Position numbers and translations under genes: made by a program
Virus record (IMG/VR): IMGVR_UViG_3300025844_000016
Origin: an uncultured virus (IMG/VR IMGVR_UViG_3300025844_000016)
Taxonomy: Duplodnaviria > Heunggongvirae > Uroviricota > Caudoviricetes
Length of the DNA stretch: 64,000 nucleotides
Direction: 5' to 3' (one strand)
Shown here: one piece after another, positions 57,662 through 64,000 of the stretch
How positions within the stretch are numbered: position 1 is the first letter of the stretch
How the letters are laid out: each line of letters opens with the position of its first letter
Notes under the pieces: generated by a model
The model's input: the letters and a program-made list of their open reading frames with translations, nothing else
Told to the model about the DNA's origin: nothing
The model's database searches: none

Positions 57662-59976
57662 TAGTGTGTCTCGTGCCAAGCATAACCACACGAAGCTGAC
57701 GCGTCAACTGGAAGAGCAAAGTTAAGGTAATTACCAGCTTCTAATGCAGCCTTGACACAGACTTCCATGACTTTTTCTTCAAGACCTTCTCTACAAGCAA
57801 TTTGAATCTCATCGTGGACCCAAGCGCAGAATACGAAATCTTTGTCCCAACCATATTCAAGACCTTCTTCATATAGCATATCTTCCACAAAGATCAGCCA
57901 CCAGTTGGCGATCGTGGCACCCATGCCTTGCAGGTCGGTGTTGAGAGCCGCGTGCTTGGAGCGCACGAACAGACGACGGCCATCCAGACCTTCGAGGAAC
58001 TTACGTCCGGCTTGACGCTGGATGTCACGGATCACCTTGTTCAGGGCCGGCAAGTTCTTGAGGAACTTCTGCTTGAGTTCCTTACCAATCTTTGCCTGTT
58101 GAACTGGGCTTGAAAGAGGAGAAATAATCTTACCAATCTTCTCGTCGCCCGCCCCATAGAGGAAGGCGTAGATAAAGGTCTTGGCCGTGTCACGCATATC
58201 CAGCCCGGCGAGGCGCTGGTTTTCAGAGTGGATGTCACCTTCGAGCAGAACCTGCCCGTAAGCACCACCGTCATACTTCGCCATTTCATGTGCGAGGCAG
58301 CGAAGCTCGATACCAGCCAAGTCAGACCCGACAAGCTTGAAGCCTTCATAGACCGTAAACAGCGAGCGGCACTCGTAGCCCCAGCCGCCCTTGAGCCCGA
58401 GAATGATGACTTCGACGATCAGATCGCCATCATCATCACGCTTGAAGAACGGCTCGCCATTTTCATCAACGGACTGAGCAAGCTCCTGCCAGTTATCGCA
58501 GCGCCGTCCCTTGTGCATCACAAGCACCGGACCACCCTTGAAGATGGCATTCGGGCGGATGATACCGGTCGGCTTGGTGATCGGCTTGAGCGCAGTGATC
58601 TTGGGCTTTTTCTTGCGGACGGCCGGGACCTGTGCAAGGTTCGGGAATGCGTGCGTCGCACGGGTGGTGACCGCGCCGCATGGGTTGACGTAGGCGTGGA
58701 TGCACCCGGTGGTAGGATTGTAGACCTTGAGCCACGCCTGCTTGCCGTCAGCCAACTGGCCCATCAGCTTGCGGATCGCGAGCAGATCGGCAAGGTCTTC
58801 GGCGACCGGGAACTTCTCGACGATCCGGCGAAGGATCACGTCGTTCGCTTTGACGTTACCCTTCTCGGTATAGTCCTCATCCTCAGGCTCCCAACCAAGC
58901 TCTTGCAGTCGGTCGGTAATCTGGGGGCGTGATGTCGGCTTGAACTCCTGCCAGATGATCGGCGTGAAGTGTGCCCCGGCGCTGTAACGAGCGCGGAGCG
59001 GGTCCTTGAAGTTCAGTGCATCCTTTGGTTTGGTCTCGGGGTAGCCATACCACCGGCGGTCAGGGACCAGTTCATCCATCTCGGCGCGTTGCTTGGCGAT
59101 CGCTTCGCTGGCCGACAGATTGGAATCGAACTTGATCTCAGCGGTTCCCCAGAAGTCAGGGAACTCGCCGCCGTTGACGTTCCGGCCGATCGGTGCTGTG
59201 TCCATCCGCTTCTTCGGGATGAAACGACCGGGGAAGGAGATCGCGAGCTTGGCTTCGAGATTGGCTTGCTCGACCGTGAGTTCTCCGGCCAGCATCTTGG
59301 CGCGTGGTGCGTCGAATGGGAATCCGTTCTCCTGCTGCCGGGCCATGAGATCACCGAGACGGTGCTGCACATAGACAGCATCAGGGGAAGCCTCGCGGCT
59401 CTCGATCATCTTGACCAGAAGGCAGGTGACCTCTACGTCATTGACGCAGTATTCTTCCAGTTCTTCGGTCCACGTCCCCCAGACCCAGAGACGCATTTCC
59501 TCGGAGTCCTTGAGGTAACCCCGTTCGAGACCGATCGCTTCTTTGATCGCCTTGTAGTCGCCCTTATACATGCCGAGACGTTGGCCCCAGCTATCGAGCG
59601 TGTGCTTGCCGATCAGCTTACCTTCGAGCTTGCCGCCTTCGAACAGACGGAAGTCCTTGTCCTTCTGGTCGGGGAACATCAGACGAGCGAGGATCAGCGT
59701 GTCGCGGATACGTGCTTGCGGCTGGTATCCGAAGAGGATTTCCAGCATGGGAATGTCGTAGGCCACGATGTTGTGGCCCCAGATTTCCTCAGCGTCGTCG
59801 AGCAGCGCGAACAGCTTGTGGATCGTGTCCTCGCGCTTGTTCTTGCGGAACACCCACCGCTGGCCGGTGTCATAATCTCGGACCGCGACGCAATGGCAGA
59901 CCGTGACTTGCTCAAGCAGGCCATCGGTTTCCGCGTCGAATACGAGACGACGATATTTTTTCGGCTTGAGCTTCAA
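57661..59976 (-). CDS. Family A DNA polymerase (T7 gp5-like)
   Basis: FDAETDGL / GHNIVAYD exonuclease motifs; DLAGIELR (A), RDTAKTFIYAFLYGAG (B), WVHDEIQ (C); TTG start. Confidence 0.95.
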   Translation of the reverse strand: MKLKPKKYRRLVFDAETDGLLEQVTVCHCVAVRDYDTGQRWVFRKNKREDTIHKLFALLDDAEEIWGHNIVAYDIPMLEILFGYQPQARIRDTLILARLMFPDQKDKDFRLFEGGKLEGKLIGKHTLDSWGQRLGMYKGDYKAIKEAIGLERGYLKDSEEMRLWVWGTWTEELEEYCVNDVEVTCLLVKMIESREASPDAVYVQHRLGDLMARQQENGFPFDAPRAKMLAGELTVEQANLEAKLAISFPGRFIPKKRMDTAPIGRNVNGGEFPDFWGTAEIKFDSNLSASEAIAKQRAEMDELVPDRRWYGYPETKPKDALNFKDPLRARYSAGAHFTPIIWQEFKPTSRPQITDRLQELGWEPEDEDYTEKGNVKANDVILRRIVEKFPVAEDLADLLAIRKLMGQLADGKQAWLKVYNPTTGCIHAYVNPCGAVTTRATHAFPNLAQVPAVRKKKPKITALKPITKPTGIIRPNAIFKGGPVLVMHKGRRCDNWQELAQSVDENGEPFFKRDDDGDLIVEVIILGLKGGWGYECRSLFTVYEGFKLVGSDLAGIELRCLAHEMAKYDGGAYGQVLLEGDIHSENQRLAGLDMRDTAKTFIYAFLYGAGDEKIGKIISPLSSPVQQAKIGKELKQKFLKNLPALNKVIRDIQRQAGRKFLEGLDGRRLFVRSKHAALNTDLQGMGATIANWWLIFVEDMLYEEGLEYGWDKDFVFCAWVHDEIQIACREGLEEKVMEVCVKAALEAGNYLNFALPVDASASCGYAWHETH

Positions 59977-60002
59977 GGGGACTACCTATCGGAGGAAGGT
60001 TT

Positions 60003-60047
60003 TGTTAACCACAAAACGCCGTCACTGTCAATTCAAAATGTCGGTCA
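60003..60047 (-). promoter_or_regulatory. Promoter with conserved box upstream of DNA polymerase
   Basis: On - strand tgaccgacattttgaa-TTGACA (60031-60026)-17 nt-TTAACA. Confidence 0.55.
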
Positions 60048-60221
60048 CGGACAGCAGCGAGGCGATCCGCCGCAGACATTTGCGTAGTGACCAAACTCGA
60101 AGTCCTCGGGTTCTTCCGGCCATTCGGTTGCCTTATCGCAGACGTTGCAGCAGAAGAACAGGATACCATTGTCCTCCCACAATCCGTCTGGGAGTTCATC
60201 AGGCGTAGAGGTCTGGGTCAT
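60045..60221 (-). CDS. Small Cys-rich protein (58 aa, absent from ORF track)
   Basis: MTQTSTPDELPDGLWEDNGILFFCCNVCDK...CGGSPRCCP; its stop abuts the promoter box. Confidence 0.6.
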   Translation of the reverse strand: MTQTSTPDELPDGLWEDNGILFFCCNVCDKATEWPEEPEDFEFGHYANVCGGSPRCCP

Positions 60222-60339
60222 CATCGTTTCCGTTCATAGCAGACAAGATAATGAAAGCACAGACGATGATGCTCACCCAGAGCAAGGCGTCCGTGATCTT
60301 TTCAATGAGTTCAAATGTCGAGGGCAAGTTGGCCTCCAT
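60199..60339 (-). CDS. Small membrane protein
   Basis: MEANLP...LLWVSIIVCAFIILSAM. Confidence 0.4.
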   Translation of the reverse strand: MEANLPSTFELIEKITDALLWVSIIVCAFIILSAMNGNDDDPDLYA

Positions 60340-60850
60340 CAGTAAAGTCGTGTTCTTCTTCGTCCACCGGATCATCGTATTTGATGTAGCCGGCATTGAT
60401 CGACATATTGCGGCCGATCTCCTCGAAGAAGCCGTGGTAGCCGTAATCGTGGCAAACGACTTGACCGTTAAGCATTCCGAAATTGGCGTAGTGGATGTCG
60501 TGGAGAACCGACGGGATGACACCGCCTCTTGTCCGCATCAGGGCTGCCTTGAAGTCCTTGTCGCACTTGAAGGGCTCTGTCCGTCTCTGGGTTAAGACAT
60601 TCCCGTAGGGATCGATGTCTACGCAAGGTGCGAACCAGTCAGAGATCGGCCATTCCTTCATCTCCTGCCAGACCAGCCATTCGGTCTGGTTGTGGAATGT
60701 CCGGGCGGTGGTCTCGACTTTCATCACAAGCGTCGGGTCATGGATAACCTCGTAGACTTCACGAGATGCCCCAGCGCCAATGCATTTTCCCAAGAACATT
60801 GTGAGGATGGAGTTCTTGAGCGGGTCCACGTAATTCCAAGGATTGCTCAT
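60311..60850 (-). CDS. Protein-kinase-like fold protein
   Basis: IGAGASREVY Gly-loop, VMKV, N..E, HDIHYANFG catalytic loop, HDYG. Confidence 0.7.
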   Translation of the reverse strand: MSNPWNYVDPLKNSILTMFLGKCIGAGASREVYEVIHDPTLVMKVETTARTFHNQTEWLVWQEMKEWPISDWFAPCVDIDPYGNVLTQRRTEPFKCDKDFKAALMRTRGGVIPSVLHDIHYANFGMLNGQVVCHDYGYHGFFEEIGRNMSINAGYIKYDDPVDEEEHDFTDGGQLALDI

Positions 60851-60942
60851 CGGTCTCTTGGTTCCTCCATGACATCCATAAGCATCTCATCGATCTCGAC
60901 GATGCTGGACAATCCGTTGTCCATCTGGATGGCGATAATCAT
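60847..60942 (-). CDS. Hypothetical 31-aa peptide
   Basis: ATGA overlaps on both sides. Confidence 0.4.
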   Translation of the reverse strand: MIIAIQMDNGLSSIVEIDEMLMDVMEEPRDR

Positions 60943-62573
60943 GCGTGGAACCTTCCCTTGTTGAGCGTGATGATCGTCCGCTTGCCGTTTTGATACGTGA
61001 TGATGTGGCTGTGCGACCACGACGAAGGGCCCTTGTTGTAACCCATGTCGAGGCTACCAGAGACGCCACCAACGTAGGCACCATCGCGGATGGCCGGGCT
61101 GTGGGTGTGGCCGGTATTCGACTTACGGCCTGATCGGCTGATCGCCAGCGGCGAACCCCGCGACCCGTTTGGTCCAAGGTGGCCGTGCATACCGCATTCG
61201 ATGTCGCCGCAGATGATGAAAGACTGATCTTCGTTGCAGAACACAACGTCCTCAGGTGTTCCCATCTCCCGCATGACTTGCTGGAACACGTCCGGCGAAC
61301 TGTTCCCGGCCTGCATCTCCATGTAGAGCCACTTCTGGCAACTCAGGAAGAACAAGGCGTTCTCAGGATCATCACGATAGTCGGCCGTCTTGAGCCACTT
61401 GAGAAGGGCTTGGTCGTGGTTGGATTCCACAATCACTGACGTGCAGTCATCCCGATGAATTTGCTTGATGAACTCAGCGCAGCCATTCAAAGCCAACTGG
61501 ACATTGTTGTTCTGTCCGCCGCGAGTGTGGGCAGCAAACCGGAAGTGGTGGTCCTTGATGTTGTGGTGGTTGCGCGGCGAGAAGTCGCTGAGGTCGTGGA
61601 AGAACTCATACTTCGGCCGCAGCCGGTGGATCAGCGGCAGCGGGCGCGGATCGTGTGGGTCTCGGAAATTGTCGATGTCCCAAGCTTCCTGCGACGGGAC
61701 ATGGTATCCCCACGTCAGCATGGCGACTTCGTGATCCAGCTTTTCGTGGTGAATGTCACCATAGCTGATCGCTTCGACGCGGTGATTGGTCGTCACACCT
61801 TGGCTGGTGACATAGCGATCGAGATCGTAGAACGAGCCATTCTCAAGATCGGTGGTCAGCAGGTGCCGGCAGTAGGTAGCACCGTCCGGAGTCATCTCGA
61901 CCAGCACGGCACCAATCTGGTGGTGGAAGGTGGCCTTGATACCGGCCTTCTTGCGGACGTAGTTCGGTAGCGTGACCGAACCCGTGGTCATCAACTGCTT
62001 GGCACGCTCGTGCTTCATCGTCGCCACCGATTCCAACTGGACCTTCGGGTGCGGGAAGACGCCCCAGCGAGCGCGGGTGTAGGTGGCGAAACCAGACAGT
62101 GGGGTAACAGCCGTCGGTAGCGTGTTCATCTCGCCGCAGAAATCCACTTCGTCGCCCAGCCGCACGCGGTCATGAACGATGAAGTCATCCACAGACGGGT
62201 GGAAGCCGACTTTGGATGAACGGGTGTCGTGATCCTCGAACAGCTTCTTGCTGTAGGTGAACCCTGAAACGATGATCTCACATTCGCCCAGCCAGTGGGC
62301 GTAGACATTTAGCGCGTTCCAGAAGTCCTCGTGGATGTCCGAACTGTCTTGAGCCGAAGTCAGGATGAAATAGCGAGTGTGATCCAGCGGTTCGTAAACC
62401 GTCGGCCGGAGCGGACGGTTCGATGAGAACACGAACTCGATCTGTTCACCGAGGTCTTCCTGCACTGCAATGTTTCGCTTCATGCGATAACGCAGTGTGG
62501 ACTCGGCGATGTTGAGGGCGCGGGCAGCCGGGCGGATACCGCCGTGCTGGGCGACCAGTTCAAGATATTCCAT
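60939..62573 (-). CDS. HTH plus calcineurin-like metallophosphoesterase protein
   Basis: N-terminal GIRPAARALNIAESTLR HTH; GDIH, HDL.D, SNHD, MHGH, GHTHS metal-binding motifs. Confidence 0.7.
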   Translation of the reverse strand: MEYLELVAQHGGIRPAARALNIAESTLRYRMKRNIAVQEDLGEQIEFVFSSNRPLRPTVYEPLDHTRYFILTSAQDSSDIHEDFWNALNVYAHWLGECEIIVSGFTYSKKLFEDHDTRSSKVGFHPSVDDFIVHDRVRLGDEVDFCGEMNTLPTAVTPLSGFATYTRARWGVFPHPKVQLESVATMKHERAKQLMTTGSVTLPNYVRKKAGIKATFHHQIGAVLVEMTPDGATYCRHLLTTDLENGSFYDLDRYVTSQGVTTNHRVEAISYGDIHHEKLDHEVAMLTWGYHVPSQEAWDIDNFRDPHDPRPLPLIHRLRPKYEFFHDLSDFSPRNHHNIKDHHFRFAAHTRGGQNNNVQLALNGCAEFIKQIHRDDCTSVIVESNHDQALLKWLKTADYRDDPENALFFLSCQKWLYMEMQAGNSSPDVFQQVMREMGTPEDVVFCNEDQSFIICGDIECGMHGHLGPNGSRGSPLAISRSGRKSNTGHTHSPAIRDGAYVGGVSGSLDMGYNKGPSSWSHSHIITYQNGKRTIITLNKGRFHA

Positions 62574-62579
62574 GGGACC

Positions 62580-63320
62580 TCAGTTCAGAACGAGCGGGCC
62601 GGACTTCGGCTGGCCGGGCTTGGGTGCAAAATCGGGATGGGAGTAAGCGATGCCGGCAGCACCGGCCTTGTGACGCCAGTCCCAGACGAACCACGAATAG
62701 TTGTGGCGCGGCGATCCGGTGGAGCCAGCAACCCAGCGCGGGCGCTTGGAGACCACGATTTTCTTGTGGAAGGGTGGGAGACCGAACAGTGGCATACGCC
62801 CCTTCGAGCAGTCGTATTCGTTCCGCAGGAACATCGCGACTTGACCCTTGACCGGCTGCATGAGCTTGAGGGCGTGCTTGATGAACTCTTCCGGGAGATC
62901 ACCGGCGTAGGGTGGATTGGAAACGATCGCCTTGATCGAGGGATCAGGCAGCTTGTCCATCTTGAGGAAGTCACCGATCGTGAAGCGATCTTCGTAACCA
63001 TAATCGATGATGTCGCTCGACCAGACAGTGTGGCCGAAGTCCGTCAGACGCTGCGAGATGTCACCCTTGCCGGCCGCGCATTCCCAAACGTTGGGATGGA
63101 TGTTGACGTGCTGGAGAAGGCAGTCCACGTTCTCCGGCGGCGTGCAGTAATGATCTGCTTCGATCCGCTCGTATCCGGAGTCGCCAAGCATGGCGGCGTC
63201 CTTCTTCTCCAGCGCCTTGCGTCGGATCATTTCCTCGGCGATCGCGAGAGGAACGCCCATTCCCATTGCGATCTCCTCAGCGGTTCCTTCGCGCCAGTTC
63301 AGTTCAGGTAGCGATGTCAT
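62580..63320 (-). CDS. DNA amino-methyltransferase (likely N6-adenine)
   Basis: D.Y.TP, WECAAGKGDI (SAM-binding), GDFL, VSNPPY, WFVWD. Confidence 0.82.
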   Translation of the reverse strand: MTSLPELNWREGTAEEIAMGMGVPLAIAEEMIRRKALEKKDAAMLGDSGYERIEADHYCTPPENVDCLLQHVNIHPNVWECAAGKGDISQRLTDFGHTVWSSDIIDYGYEDRFTIGDFLKMDKLPDPSIKAIVSNPPYAGDLPEEFIKHALKLMQPVKGQVAMFLRNEYDCSKGRMPLFGLPPFHKKIVVSKRPRWVAGSTGSPRHNYSWFVWDWRHKAGAAGIAYSHPDFAPKPGQPKSGPLVLN

Positions 63321-63321
63321 G

Positions 63322-63849
63322 TTATTCCTCGGAACTCAGCGTGGTCATCATGACACCCGCTTCTTGAAAAATGGCGCGTGTCGCGGCGAGGCTGGTTCCC
63401 CACCGTTCAAGCTGTTCTGGTGTGGGCTCAGGGCTCACAACGCGGGTGATCCCAGCCTGCACGACGAAGACGGCGCACCGGTCACAGGGAGTGAACGTGC
63501 AGTAGAGAGTGCAGCCATCCACCGGCCCATGGGCATTGAGAATGGCGTTCATTTCCGCGTGAACGATGCGGCTGTATTTGGTCTCCCGATCCTCATAGAG
63601 AGACGGGTGATCTGACATGCCACGGGGGAAGCCGTTATAGCCGACGCTGATGACCGTGTTGTTGGGCCGGACGATCACAGCCCCCACCTTGGTGGAAGGG
63701 TCCTTGCTGGCTGTGGCGATGTATTGTGCCATGCCGAGATAGAACTGATCCCACTTGTCGATGCGGTAGGCTCGGCGCATGATCTCGTCTTCGTAATCGA
63801 AGCGAGGGTCTACATCGCTCCGGCCGATCGGTGGGGGACAGCAGTTCAC
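63322..63849 (-). CDS. dCMP deaminase
   Basis: SKDPSTKVGAVI, GYNGFPRG, HAEMNAI, PCDRC. Confidence 0.92.
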   Translation of the reverse strand: MNCCPPPIGRSDVDPRFDYEDEIMRRAYRIDKWDQFYLGMAQYIATASKDPSTKVGAVIVRPNNTVISVGYNGFPRGMSDHPSLYEDRETKYSRIVHAEMNAILNAHGPVDGCTLYCTFTPCDRCAVFVVQAGITRVVSPEPTPEQLERWGTSLAATRAIFQEAGVMMTTLSSEE

Positions 63850-64000
63850 TTGGCGGCCTTGTTGGCGATGTCCAGCTTCACTTCGGGCGGCAAGCCGTCC
63901 ATCACCGCCTTGACCATGCGGTCCACCTTCTGTTCCAGCAGCCGGATTCCGGGAGTAGGGACACGCGACTTGTCCGCTTCCTCGTAAACCTTAACGATCG
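63846..64000 (-). CDS. Partial hypothetical protein (5' end outside window)
   Basis: Open frame ...IVKVYEEADK...IANKAAK* with GTGA overlap into the deaminase. Confidence 0.55.
   Translation of the reverse strand, partial: IVKVYEEADKSRVPTPGIRLLEQKVDRMVKAVMDGLPPEVKLDIANKAAK

Noticed and set aside
57182..57720. Group I intron in the DNA polymerase
   Set aside because: The polymerase ORF is continuous through motif C to a normal C-terminus; the endonuclease lies after the stop codon
60005..60199. 64-aa ORF from the track
   Set aside because: The overlapping alternative frame 60045-60221 gives a more gene-like Cys-rich protein, and the track ORF runs through the polymerase promoter

Overview
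The whole window is part of a tailed dsDNA bacteriophage genome, siphovirus-like and probably infecting an alphaproteobacterium (GTA-type Dit/hub/NlpC/megatron baseplate genes, GC-rich codon usage). The + strand from 187 to about 39970 carries virion morphogenesis (scaffold, major capsid, neck, tail tube, frameshifted tail chaperone, tape measure, baseplate, fibres), lysis genes (amidase endolysin, overlapping spanins), then thyX, an NAD-dependent ligase and small accessory genes. The - strand from 64000 to 40026 carries replication and nucleotide metabolism: T7-like DNA polymerase A, RecD/Dda helicase, SSB-like protein, exonucleases, class I RNR with glutaredoxin, dNMP kinase, dCMP deaminase, three MazG-like proteins, an adenine methyltransferase and an XRE regulator. 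The two arms converge on a bidirectional terminator near 39972-40004. No integrase, tRNA or CRISPR array was seen. Main highlights: (1) a 4-kb tandem duplication of the central baseplate/spike gene, its promoter and the fibre-anchor gene, with diverged central domains; (2) a CACCG(A/C)CATTTT box phased with sigma70 hexamers at about 12 promoters; (3) long, switch-like structured RNA leaders that occlude ribosome-binding sites of virion genes; (4) an amber-interrupted 2OG-Fe(II)-like gene; (5) a minimal class II aaRS-like enzyme near MazG genes; (6) free-standing endonucleases next to AT-rich ends of essential genes. All family assignments come from motif recognition by eye; no database search was run.
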